From the NCBI GenBank assembly GCA_964016885.1, contig OZ024740.1, positions 347,014,001 to 347,078,000 of the forward strand: a stretch of 64,000 nucleotides of DNA, written 5' to 3'. Positions within the stretch are counted from its first letter, which is position 1. Every line of letters begins with the position of its first letter. The position numbers were made by a program, and so were the translations under genes. Positions 39,764-53,808 of the stretch are shown here, piece after piece. This DNA comes from Eledone cirrhosa (lineage: Eukaryota). The notes beneath the pieces are model-generated. The model ran no database searches. It was not told the DNA's origin and worked only from the letters and a program-made list of their open reading frames with translations.

Positions 39764-42078
39764 CGCACACATTTCTCACACTTTTCTTTCCCCTTACACA
39801 CTAGATCTATGTCTTACTCTATCAATCTATTTTCAGATACAGTTCGTCAACGTCAGTCATCAGTAATAGAAATTATATCTGAACATCTTTTCAATTGATT
39901 TTCATCGTCTTCACATTTTCATTATTTGCTATATTACTTGAAACTATCCATATCAATTTTATCCACCCTAGATGCACTCTTCACCTTTTATGCTTTCATC
40001 TCTGTTTTCTTCTCTTACATTCCTATGCATACTTCAGATTTGTTCTTTTTTTTTTCGATTTTCTTAGACCTCTTTCAATTTTCTTACATCTTACACGGCC
40101 ATTCCAACACTCATACACTCCTGTACCACCTATCATAATTATGAGAACGTTGATAATGATCTGTCCCATACTAACATCTTTACCAACAATACTTGCAACA
40201 ACACTTCAAAAAAGGATCCAATTAGGGGGCCTATATGAACGCCTCTATCTGCTAGATATAGAAGCCAAAACTTATTTGTAAGAATACATGATATTTGTAA
40301 GTATGTAGTGTGCAGCTTCTCTTAAGGCTGTTGAAATGTGCTGTCAAAAATAATATAATGATAATATTGGTGGTTTGGGAGGGATTAGTGGAAATAATGT
40401 AGGATTCAGTATGTTCGGAATAGTTGGACATTGAAATGCTTTGTATCTAGTATATTATAGGTAAATATTTGATTCATTCCACCATGAAGAGATTTAAATT
40501 TCTCTTTTGCCTAGATTTGAATTATGAACGTGGTGAGATGAAACTAAATTTTAATGAGTTTATACAGTTTTACTAGCTTGCTTTTATGTCATATACACGA
40601 TTGTGATACCTAGTTTAGAACGAAAAGGAACAGAACCACCCGCAGTGTAACAGACAATGACTATACAGTAACATACACATACATAATTGATACCCGGCAC
40701 TATGGCACCGACAATTTACTGCCTACAGTACATTCTATTTATACTGTCCCCATGTGATATTTAAATCAGGCAGCACATACGAAACAGAGACTTAACAAAA
40801 AAATCAGATTTTATTACTTACTTCATTAACGAAATGCGAATAATCAAAGAAACACTAGAAACAACAACACACATCCCAGAACAGAGCGAAACTGCCGTAG
40901 TATATGGACATAATTGTATATTACGAATGGACAATGGGGCCAGGTCCCAGGAGCACGGAATTCCACGTAGTTGTAAGTACAGTTGCAAAAAACAGGCAAA
41001 ATAACAATTGTCTTTCTAACCTCGACAAAAGGCCTACGTTTAGGGGAAGCGTTTTATCGATTGAAGGGACTGAAGTAAACTTGTATTTAAATGATGAACG
41101 CCGAAGTGATTTATGCTAAATCAACTTCAGTGGGTTTGAACTAAGGAAGTAAAAGAAGATGTGACTAAATAAGACAAAGCATTATTTCCGATTGTCGACC
41201 GATATCTGTCAATCCATTTCCATGATATAATAATGATAACAACATCAACATTAACAATTACTACAACGACAGCAACAAGAACAGATGCAACTGATACAAC
41301 AATATCTATAATGACAAACAGATTTTTTTTTGCATTTTCTATCAATCTCATCTGCTGTCCTCGGTCTCCGCTTTCCCCTTATGGTTACCCATTATTTCAC
41401 AGTTAATCGCCTTCTAGCTACTATTAGATATAATTCTTCTATTACCTTCTACTTCCCCTATTTCTCTCTCTCGCTCATCTTGCTCTATTCCTTTCTTTCT
41501 CACTCCTTTTCTCTGTCACATCAACACACATCATCGAATCTAGCACATAGGTAGACCGACACATAGAATGGTAAGAATAAGATGTTAAGATATTAAAATT
41601 TCCATACGTTGCTATCGCATGCCAAAGTTGTCAGCAAAGACATTTGAAAGTAATACCAAACCTCCGCTGTTATCTAGTCAATTTTGATCAAAGCTCCGCT
41701 GGACACTGTCCAGTTTATTGCCATTTTTATGAAATGGACAACCCAGACCTTACTATGTGAACACAACATCACAGAATCATTTGCGATAATAGAAAATACA
41801 TTCCAGTGTTTAACCCTTCCAAAACAAATGTATTAACTTACAAATGGCTTTCTCACCGTGCCTGCATCAGATATATGTATATGCACATAATATCATCATC
41901 ATCATCATCTTCATTTAACCTCAATCTTCAGGTAGTGTGTAAGTGTGTGTATGTGTGTGTGTGTGTGCGTGAGTATCTTTTGTGTGCTCGTGAGTAAATG
42001 TATGTAAATAAAATTACAAAATAAAATTACACGGGACACAGCTGTGTATATATATATCTATATATATATATATATATA

Positions 42079-42126
<48 letters not shown>

Positions 42127-42277
42127 TCTCCGTCACCTCTGTTCTTAGGAAGTAATATGGCGTTGAGTGCTAGAAGTTAATTGCATCCTTGTATACCGAA
42201 TATATATATATATATATTAGAAAGTGAGGTTTTTTTTACAAAATGAAAAATAACTGGGGTGTCCTACACGAGTGAAA

Positions 42278-42574
42278 GTATAAAGAAAAAGAGATGAAAT
42301 CGAAAATGCAACTGGAGTCTTATTTTTTTTTTTATTTTTTTTTTTTTTAAATATATATATTTATTTGGTTCCAATTGAGATGGAGGGTCTGTGGTTTTTC
42401 TCACATCTGTGAGAAAAAAAAACAGACCCTCCATCTCAACTCACCTTTTGAAAAGCAGAAGAACTGCGAAACCGGTAAAGGAACCATATAAATATATATA
42501 TATTTAAAAAAAAAAAAAATAAATAAAAAATAAAAAATAAGACTCCAGTTGCATTTTCGATTTCATCTCTTTTT

Positions 42575-42580
<6 letters not shown>
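42278..42580. repeat. (TA)n-flanked fold-back element (family H4)
   Basis: aaagaaaaagagatgaaatcgaaaatgcaactggagtc / gactccagttgcattttcgatttcatctctttttcttt; inner hairpin gagatggagggtctg...cagaccctccatctc; second copy at 52425-52690. Confidence 0.85.
42444..42481 (+). ncRNA. Hammerhead motif with compensatory U3-A8 core
   Basis: cctt TTGAAAA gcag-aagaa-ctgc GAAA ccgg TA aagg. Confidence 0.75.
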
Positions 42581-42633
<53 letters not shown>

Positions 42634-42638
<5 letters not shown>

Positions 42639-42780
42639 GTGGTTACACAACAAATAGTTCACCTTACCGAGAACAAGTGTTTCACCTTCGCAGATCTTCA
42701 GCTCGGGATGTGCTGAAGATCCGCGAAGGGGAAACAATTGTTCTCGGTATGATGAACTAACTGTTGTGTAACCACTTCTA
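42634..42780. repeat. Fold-back (family H5) with back-to-back hammerheads
   Basis: tagaagtggttacacaaca...tgttgtgtaaccacttcta; minus-strand motif 42667-42706 (ccgag CTGAAGA tctgcgaaggt GAAA cacttg TT ctcgg) and plus-strand motif 42713-42747 (CTGAAGA tccgcgaaggg GAAA caattg TT ctcgg). Confidence 0.85.
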
Positions 42781-42861
42781 CCTAACTCGTCCCTTGGATT
42801 GAGTGCTCTACCACTACGGATATTACCTTCCAGTGTTCCACCACTATATATATATATATAT

Positions 42862-43502
42862 ATTAAAATAACAGATTAAAGTTTAAGCAAAGAATCGCTG
42901 GTTTCACCCTTAACGGGATCTCCTGAAACTAACAAAGTCAATCTGTGAACGCAGAAGTAAATATTTCAAAAAACGTTGCAACCGGAGGAAGACAGGAAGA
43001 CGATACTTTGGTTCGTGGAATCGTTCCCTGGCAAAGAACGGAAAAAAACGAAAATAATTGTTTCTACTTTAGGCACAAGGCCAGCAATTACCCAGTGCAT
43101 TACTGGTACTTAAAAAAAACGAAAATAATACGTCATTATTTGGAGCGGTGAAAACAATTACACGCAAATACAAAACCACGTTTATGGTATAAATGAATTC
43201 GTAGACTAATGTTCTTTTAGATGGTTCATGGAGACGTTCTCTGGCAATGAACGGAAAAAACGAAGATAAACTTCATTTTGTGGAGCGGTTGCAACGTTTT
43301 TTGAAATATTTACTTCTGCGTTCACAGATTGATTTTTTAATTTCAGAAGATGCCGTTAAGGGTGAAAGCAGCGATTCTTTGCTTAAACTTTAATCTGTTA
43401 TTTTAATAAATATGTTCTCTACTGTTCTTATATAATTGATATATATTTATCCTTATCGAGCCCTCTTTGGATTTTAATCTTCAAATTTATTCTTATAACT
43501 AT
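42862..43502. repeat. Family H1 fold-back with hammerhead-like motifs in both arms and an internal SINE stub (43055-43110)
   Basis: 42862-42982 is the reverse complement of 43286-43407; motifs at 42880-42930 (-) and 43339-43389 (+) with CAGGAGA/CAGAAGA cores. Confidence 0.8.
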
Positions 43503-44147
43503 ATATATATATAGGGAATTTAACAAAGTGATGACAAGCAACTAACGAAAATAAGGCAGAACGAAAAACAATGCTTTGAAACGGAAATCATACTAATTTA
43601 TTTTTGGAAAATAAAAATAGAAACGAAAGAAGCAGAATTCAAGTGTTTTCAGCCGTAGAGACGAGTTTTGGCTGTCTCGATCCCTACCAAGGGATCGAGA
43701 CAGCCAGTGTCTGACACAGGCCAATGCGCTGTTCATGGAGAAAAAGGCAAGACAAAACAATCATTTATAGCAATTAAGCTAGAATTGTATGTGACGTAAG
43801 GGGGAACGTATTGTGCTTTTTGTAGTATAAGAATCTCATGAAACAAAAAGAAAGGTAAAATAGGCAAGAGGACGGAAGTAAAATATCGTGTTAAATGTAA
43901 ATCAATGAAACTTTTGGTGGGTAAAGGGAAAACAAATACGTGACAGATTAGTAATAATAAAGTAAAGGAAAATTAAGAGAGAACAAGACAACGAACTAAA
44001 ACAATTTATATACCGTATATATACATATATATACATATATACATATAAATATGGTTGCCTAGCTGTCTGGGGTTATCTTTCACTCTCTCTCTCTCTATCT
44101 CTCTCCCTCCCCCTCTCTCTCTATCTATCTCTCTTACGGTCAATATA

Positions 44148-44195
<48 letters not shown>

Positions 44196-44389
44196 AAAGA
44201 ATAGAGGTGTAACACACAAGTTATTATATATTGGTAAACGGAATAGAAAATGCTGACAAATTGTTCACAGTTGAAAAATGGTTTAATTAGGAATAAAAGA
44301 GTATATATGTATGAGGTGAGCGCGCGCGCGTGTATATAGGTTTGTTCAGTTCGTTGAGGACAGGTCTCTTAATACATCTGATTATCATG

Positions 44390-45430
44390 TATTACAGATA
44401 AATGAAGACGAACATTAGGATAACTAAGAAAGTGGAATGGCATGTTGTAAGCCTTGTATCAAACGCAGAGCAATGTGATTTAAAGAGTACTGGCTGCCTG
44501 AAAGTTGCACGGTCATCTGTTGTCATACTTTGCAAAAGACTGAAAGCCGTTGCCAGGAATTCTGCAGCAGTAGCCAAACAAAAAACGCCTGATAATCATC
44601 CTAATACCACCTGAACACCCATTTGTGTACGAAAGGCATAGAAATTCAACGCTAAGTTCCCCAGAAATTCAAATGCGGCTTAGGAGCTAAAGGCTTCAAC
44701 GAGCACTTTCGGCAAAAGTTTTATATCAGGACCATCGATACAAGTCACGTGATGAGAAGTAGACAATTCTTATGTGCAAAGAAATGAGATAACCGTCTGC
44801 TCTGCATCAACTTGCTTTACAAGCAAGTTGAAACCTCAAAGGCCTGCATGCTTTGATTTTTGCCTGATGAAAAGATCTTTGATCAGGTCTAAAGGGTCAA
44901 CCACAGGAATGACAGATGGTTCTGCAGAAACTCTAAACACGTTCCAACAGTCATGCACGCAAATTTTCCAAAAGCTGTGATAGTACTAGGAGTCGTAACA
45001 AACGAGGGATTTATCATGCCTCTCGACCTTGTTTCTCGGGGCTTAAGGTTCAATGCTGCTGGCTATAAGGAGGTGCTGGAGAGTGGTCTTAGACCTTGGC
45101 TAGAGAGAATGAGCAAAAATATCCGTTCACCTACCAACCAGACTCTGCCTCGTCACAAAGGCTAAGAAGACGCAACAATGTATGAGTCACAATCGCCATG
45201 AGCAGGTTTCCTAAATAATAGCTCTTCGCTCCTGAATCTGTTGGACAACAACGTATGAGGCGTAATTCTGGTGAATTCAATCAACACAGCCAACAACATA
45301 AAAACACTTCATTACTAGCACAATGTCCAAAATATTTAAAGATCGTCTGATTTGGGCATATTCACTTTTCAAACTCTGTTTTGAAGTAGTCAACAACGCT
45401 AATGGCTGATTCATTGACTAGATACTTGAA
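44390..45430 (+). mobile_element. Decayed Tc1/mariner-superfamily (maT/DD37D-like) transposase
   Basis: PDEKIFDQ..VNHRNDRW; FPKAVIVLGVVTNEGFIMP...GLRFNAAGYKEVLESGLRPW; QDSA.SH.AK.TQ; LNLLDN.V*. Confidence 0.75.
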
Positions 45431-45647
45431 GAATAGTCTCACAATTATTCATGTTAATATTTTACTCAATTAAAGCTGCTCATTCATGACTTACGCATCT
45501 TTTACTAAATTCATTCAAATGTCCTCAAAGAATAAAGAAAAGGAATGACAGTGAGAAAGATAGACATATGAATACACATTCATAGACACACCAACATTCA
45601 CATTCACACATACACGCACGTGCGCGTGCGCGCGCGCGCGCGCGCAC

Positions 45648-45703
<56 letters not shown>

Positions 45704-46850
45704 CTGCACACAAACACAAACAAACTAGCAGGCAGAAACATAACAATGAAAATGTATTTGCTATCAAAATAAGATTTTAACAATAGTTTTCTATGTTTGT
45801 ACTGTATATCAGTACACAGAGACGACAGTTTTAATTAGTTTGTCTCTTGCTTTTATGAAAGTTTCCATCATTTGAGTTCTAATTTCAACCTTATAGATGT
45901 CCGGATGAGTAGCAACAAAAAGATTAGTCCACACCTATGAATGCTCGTAACCTAAAATATATAGGGAGTCATATTTAAATCGTTTCATAGCAAAGCGCTC
46001 CAAAACGCCCTATTTCTTCAAAGAAAAATGATTTTATATCATTTTAAATCAGCCTATCATAATAAAATGTGAGAATTTTAATAACTTTACTTAGTAAAGT
46101 AGATATATGTTATATTACTAGATAACTTTATATTTTTGATTATTTTCAAAAGTATTTGAATATATAGACAGTATATTTAAATATACTGGAATGAAAGATT
46201 AAACACTGAAATTAAATACTAAAATAAAGTGGAATATGAGTAGAGATATACATAATATCAGTCTATAGTCATACCAATTCAAGTTCCTGTAATGTGGCGG
46301 TTGGAGTGCCAATTCCAAAGTATTATACTTCGTTAAATCGCTTTTCAATTAGTATTATGCAATCCCCATAAGTTTAGCCGCTTACCGGTCTTGAACGACA
46401 CACAACGTAAAGAATAAACGCTCAGAAATACACGCACACAAATGTTTATATATTGTAATAAAACATCATATGTACAACTAAATGGCAGCGACACGATCCG
46501 AATTATTTGCGGTATAGCCAAACACTGTATGATGGAGACAGACATATTTCATCTGAGTGCTGACGCACATTAATAGAATACTACTAATAATGATGGATTG
46601 GGTACATACTTCCTCCAATAATAGATAAAACCAGCATTGAAAAGCAATGGGTGAATCAAATATCTTAACCGGACCATCGCAGATTTTAAACTAGTATAGA
46701 TGCTAGTCTACACTAGTGCGAGTATGTAACTTATGTGAACTGCCATATCTTCCTCGTGTAAAAATATCTTCCTTCAGTAAAGTTCCATTTCCAGCTCCCG
46801 TTGGAAAAGTATTCACTGCAAGCGTATGTCCCAACACACACGCGCACGCA

Positions 46851-46938
<88 letters not shown>

Positions 46939-47274
46939 TGCGTGCACACACATAAACTTAAGATTGGTGGTAAGTATTCCGTGTAACTCTGCTAAAACAA
47001 AAATTGATCTAAGGGTAACATTGCTTTCATCTGAATGTGCCTGGAGCGTTGAATTCACAGAACTATTAAGGTGTCGAACATAATATAATTCGGTACTAAT
47101 TTCTGCTCTATGCATTCAGATATTCTCGGCAGCGTTTAGCTTAGTGGCTAATGCAGTCACACGACATTTGAGAGAAGCAAGCTCTGATTTATCTGAATTA
47201 TTGAGCCCTCTGCCACTCATGTCGGATTTGTTTATCGTTAATTCGTGAGCTGCTTTTCCGATACTCGATTATTC

Positions 47275-47393
<119 letters not shown>

Positions 47394-47425
47394 TATGTAT
47401 TTCCACAACAGTAGAGTTCACCAAT

Positions 47426-47468
47426 ACCGAGGACAATTGTTTCACCTTATTCGGATCATCAGCTTGGT
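47426..47468 (-). ncRNA. Type I hammerhead motif with GUC site (family H5)
   Basis: rc: accaag CTGATGA tcc-gaataa-ggt GAAA caattg TC ctcggt. Confidence 0.85.
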
Positions 47469-47507
47469 TTAAAATCTTCTACCATGCTCGTCCGCTATAT
47501 ATATATA

Positions 47508-48470
47508 TATATTGTTATACTTTGGGAGGGTCATGCTGCCAATAAGAAACACACGCAACAGTTGTTTCACTCCAATCTATTACAATTTTTTTATTTTTTA
47601 TTATACATTTCCGGTTGGTTGGTAGGTTCCACAACCGGAAGGTTGTTAATATATTGTCAAAGTTCGTTCGTCACACATTCTGTGACCTCTTCAGTAACTG
47701 GGGATTATTTTCTTTGTTTTGTGCCTCTCCTTTGTTCTGTCCTACGCCATCTTGTTTTTTAGCGTGTTGTGTGCGTAGTTTGCGCGTGTGTTATATCCGG
47801 GTGTATGTGTTGTTTTTATTTGTTTATTTATTTGTTTATTTACATGTTACAGGTTTGTTGTTTGTTCTATGTGTGTGTGTTTTCATTTTGTCCTTAATTG
47901 TAAGTTGTGATGTTGCTCTTGCAACATCACATGAATGGAATAGCAATAGCAATAACAATAGCAATAGCAACAGCAACATCACAACTTACAATTAAGGACA
48001 AAATGAAAACACGCACACATAGACCAAACAACAGACCAGTTACATGTAACTAAACAAATAGATAAACAAATAAAAACACACACAGACACCCGGATGTAAC
48101 ACATGCGCAAACTGAGCACGCAACACACAAAAACATGATGGCGTAGGACAGAACAAAGGAGAGGCACAAAACAAAGAAAAGAATCCCCAGTCACTGAAGA
48201 GGTCACAGAATGTATGACGAAAGAACTTTGACAATATATGAACAACCAAATGGTTGTGGAACCAACCAATCAACCGGAAATTTATAAATTTTTATTGAAA
48301 AAAAATATTTTAAATTTAAAAAAATGTGTTTTAAATTTATAATAAATTGGATTGAAACGACTGGTGCGTGTGTTTCTCATTGACAACAAGACCCTCCCAA
48401 AGTATAACAATATCGGTTTCAACACACGTTTTCAGACAAAGGATCTTGCTAAACAAATTCAGAAACAAAA
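47508..48470. repeat. Long fold-back, ~410-bp arms around an (AATAGC)n-like centre, (TA)n-flanked
   Basis: 47510-47917 is the imperfect reverse complement of 47973-48412; the ORF track shows matching peptides on both strands. Confidence 0.9.
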
Positions 48471-48487
48471 TATATATATATATATTG

Positions 48488-49475
48488 TACTAGCAGTAAA
48501 GCCCGGCGTTGCTCGGGGTCGCTCAGTAGCTGTGTTAAAGTTACAATGTTAAGTTTCTTTCTTGGCTTAAAAACTGTAGTGTCTACTGTGCAGACTTGCA
48601 TGTGGTGTTTTTGATTAATATTCCCTCAACCAACAATATGCCTTATGAAGTTAAGAAAACATAACGATAACCCGAATGTTATAACAAAAGAGGATGCTGG
48701 GGATAGAAACTGCACTGGTTATTTATTAACAAAGATCGAAAATGTAAACACTGCAACGCAGAGAAAAACATTAGCGTAACCAAATTATCAGTTATGTCTG
48801 TCTGCACGCCTATATCACCTCTCTGCACGACTGTCTGTCTGCACGCCTATATCACCTCTCTGCACGACTGTCTGTCTGCACGCCTATATCACCTCTCTGC
48901 ACGACTATCTGTCTGCACGCATATATCACCTCTCTGCACGACTGTCTGTCTGCACGCGTATATCACCTCTCTGCACGACTGTCTGTCTGCACGACTGTCT
49001 GTCTGCACGCCTAACGACGAAATATTTGCTTGTTTTACGTAGTCTTGAAATAGACTTGTTTTCAAGTAAAAATATTGTTTTAAAATGCTTTTAAATGGAA
49101 ATGAAGCAAAACGGAAGCTTAGTGTTCGAACTGATGAATTTTGCAGGTCAATATTTTGCTGGCTCGACAACTGTTCGTGTATTGTTTTAATGTCATTTTA
49201 AACGCTGAGAAAGCCAGCGTAATTTTTTACGTAAGACGCTCAATGTAAACAGAACAAAGGGAAATAACTGATAACTTACGCTCAAAAATCGATACATTAT
49301 ATTCGATTTCGTCACATAGGGCGGGTCAATTTGAAATATTCTTTTTACGATGTCTTCGCTAGGGCTCAATGTACAAGTATAGCAATTTCGGTGCAATTCC
49401 GTCAGAGATTCTAAGAGGAGATGTGTGCCAAAAATCGATAGACAGACAGACAACCACAGTTTTATATATATAGAT
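48488..49475. mobile_element. Non-autonomous Helentron/Lep1-like (HINE) element
   Basis: Starts tactagc..cccg..cggg hairpin; ends gacagacagaca...ttttatatatatagat; internal CTGT-rich minisatellite. Confidence 0.6.
48796..49011. repeat. 37-bp minisatellite, ~5 copies
   Basis: Unit tgtctgtctgcacgcctatatcacctctctgcacgac. Confidence 0.9.
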
Positions 49476-49928
49476 GAATTAAAATCTATACACGCAACTT
49501 TTGGTTACTCTTTTGGTTACTCTTTATCTGTTTTCGTCTTCTTATGAGTTTATATTCTCGGATATGCAGGATCGACTAGTAGTACGCCGGCAGGAGTTGA
49601 AACTGTACGTCCATTTCGATGACTGACGACCGTGGAGTTAATTTTGCCTCTATCATTCATAATATATTTCCTACACTCACACGCATCTACATAATTAGAT
49701 ATATAAATTGCCTACATAAAGAAAGAGAGAGATGGAGAGAGAGAGAGAGAGAGGGGGGGGGAGAGAGAAAGGTGCATATCTATGTATGTATATGTGTGCG
49801 CACGTGTGATGGAGAGAGAGTAAGTAAATGATAACCGTTTATATAACATGATATATACTTGCACACATGTATATATGTATATTTATGTATATATAGACCG
49901 ATTTATATGAATGTATACGTGCATGTGT

Positions 49929-49962
<34 letters not shown>

Positions 49963-50492
49963 TAGAGTGAGAGCGAGAAAGAGAGAGAGAAAGAAAGAAA
50001 GAGAGAGAGAAAGAAAGAAAGAAAAAATGAGAGAGAGAGAGTGAGAGAGAGAAATAGAGCAAATATTAAACATCAATTATTGATATATAACAAAGAGTAG
50101 TGTTATATGTATACGTATATGGCCAGATAATATTTAAAGTCTGTCACTGAGTAATAAAGAATCAAATAACGAAAAAAAGAACAATATTCATAAATGGATA
50201 TTTACACAATATTACACTTATCTGCGCGTATTTTCTCATATATACATATATACACCGGCAAGTCGGCAACTGTTTTTTTTTTTTTGTTTTTTTTTTGCAT
50301 TTGTATTTATTTGGATATTTACAACTTGGCGTTCATTTTAATTACTAAGTGATCAGAGAAGTATCAACAAATTACAAATATATCATATATGTCCTCGTCG
50401 GATCGTCTTGCATATCATGCACCCGTGAAACTCCTATACACAATACATTGTTAATAGCAACAGTTTGTATACGTACGTAAACACACACACAC

Positions 50493-50542
<50 letters not shown>

Positions 50543-50882
50543 GAAAGGTATAGAATTTATTGTAGCATAAAGCCAACAGTATTCCATAATATATATATAC
50601 ATATATTTATATTGATAGAGTCATATTCATTTTTCTCTTTCATACATAAATTGGTACAAGTTATTAGTTTGGCATGGCGACAGTAATTTTACTCTCACAT
50701 TGATTATCACCTCTTGTCTAACATCCATACTGCACGGATTGACACAAGAGTCATGTGTCGTAGTTGAATATAGTTACTGTGAATTAGTCACAGACAACTG
50801 TTAAAATAAGTAACATTATATTCTTGAACTCCTCATAACATTTACACTTCCCTAGCTGTCTCTTTCTCTCTCACTCTCAATA

Positions 50883-50927
<45 letters not shown>

Positions 50928-51536
50928 GTGTGTGTGTGTATGTGCGTGTGTTTGAGTGTGTGTGTGTGCGTACGATGCGTATGTGTTTGTATATATATAT
51001 ACAATTAAATATATATATTCATTTTATTAAGGCTAAATAGGGAATTTTGTTACTCTAGAGTTTCGCCTGTTTATAACATGGTTATCAAACAAGAATATTT
51101 AGCCTTAATAATATGAATATTAAAACTCTACTTGTGTATTAAGTATTATTTTCTCTCAGCCGTAAACCACGTACTGATATTATATATAGGAAAATTAACG
51201 AAGTTATGGGGTTTGACACTAAGAAAAGCGACCAAATGCATATGGACATATATATATACATATACATATATATGAAAACAGGGAGAAAGAGCCGATTATG
51301 AGGAAGAAAAATATATTTTTCTTCCTCATAATAGGACTTTTTCTCCCTGTTTTCCTATATATATATATATATATCCTAACTCATGTGCCACCTGTCCATA
51401 ACAAATTTTATCAGTGATAAAATTTGCATCACTGATTTTTCGTTTTCTTTATATCTACACTCTACTATGATGAATATGGAGTGCTAATTGTGCATACGGC
51501 CCGGCCTATGGAAGCACCATAGCTACCACTATACAC

Positions 51537-51605
<69 letters not shown>

Positions 51606-51848
51606 TGTTGTAATGTTGCAATAAATGCGTCCGCAGGCGGTATGCCGTTTGAGTACGTTTCTCCGACGATCAGCTCAAAGTGGGATCTATTATACATTCG
51701 AAAGGTCCTCAGATATGTTTATCGTTTTCAAGATATTTATTCCATTCTTCCATAATAGAACCCACCTTGAGCTGTTCGTCGGAGAAAAATATATGTAATA
51801 CGTTAATAAATTGTGTTATGATGTATCACTGATTCCTAGTTATCTATA

Positions 51849-51950
<102 letters not shown>

Positions 51951-52212
51951 ATAATAATAAATTTGAATACTAAAATCCAAAGAGGGCTCGATAAGGAAAA
52001 ATATATATCAAATATATAAGAACCGTGGAGCAAATATTTATTAAATCGTGAAAGCACCGATTCTTTGCTTAAACTTTAATCTGTTACTTTAATATATATA
52101 TATATATATATATTTGCTCTACGGTTCTCATATATTTGATATATATTTATCCTTATCGAGCTCTTTTTGATTTTAGTCTTCAAATTTATTATTATTACTA
52201 TATATATATATA

Positions 52213-52400
52213 GGGTGGTGGATTGGCAGTATCGGTAGAGGGTTGGACTCCATGCTTTCCAGCATAGTTACGTCCCTTTACGATCTGAGTTCAAATCCCG
52301 CCGAGGTTGACTTTGCCTCTCATCCTTAGGGGGTCGATAAAATAAACTACCAGTAATGAACTGGGTAATTGCTGGCCTTGTGCCTAAAGTAGAAACAATT
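52213..52400 (+). mobile_element. SINE family A inserted in a (TA)n tract
   Basis: Full length; attactatatatatata on both sides. Confidence 0.92.
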
Positions 52401-52424
52401 ACTATATATATATATATATATATA

Positions 52425-52690
52425 TAAGGAAAAAAGATGAAATCTAAAATGCAACTGGAGTCTTTTTTATAATAATATATATTTATTTGGTTGCTTTACC
52501 GGTTTCGTATTTCTGCTGCTTTTCAAAAGTAGAATTGAGATGGAGAGTTTGAGAAAAACCACAAACCCTCCATCTCATTTCTACTTTTGAAAAGCAGAAG
52601 AACTGCGAAACCGGTAAATGAACCAAACAAATATACAATTTTATAAAAAATGACTCCAGTGCATTTTCGATTTCATCTTTTTTTCTCATA
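52425..52690. repeat. Family H4 fold-back with U3-A8 hammerhead motifs in both arms
   Basis: Plus 52584-52619: ctt TTGAAAA gcagaagaactgc GAAA ccgg TA aat; minus 52494-52529: ctt TTGAAAA gcagcagaaatac GAAA ccgg TA aagc. Confidence 0.8.
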
Positions 52691-52730
52691 CTTTCACTAG
52701 TGTTTTTTTTCATTTTGCAAAAAAACCTTA

Positions 52731-53808
<1,078 letters not shown>

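Noticed and set aside
48796-49011. 37-bp repeats as a CRISPR array
   Set aside because: Contiguous tandem units without unique spacers, no cas genes, eukaryotic context
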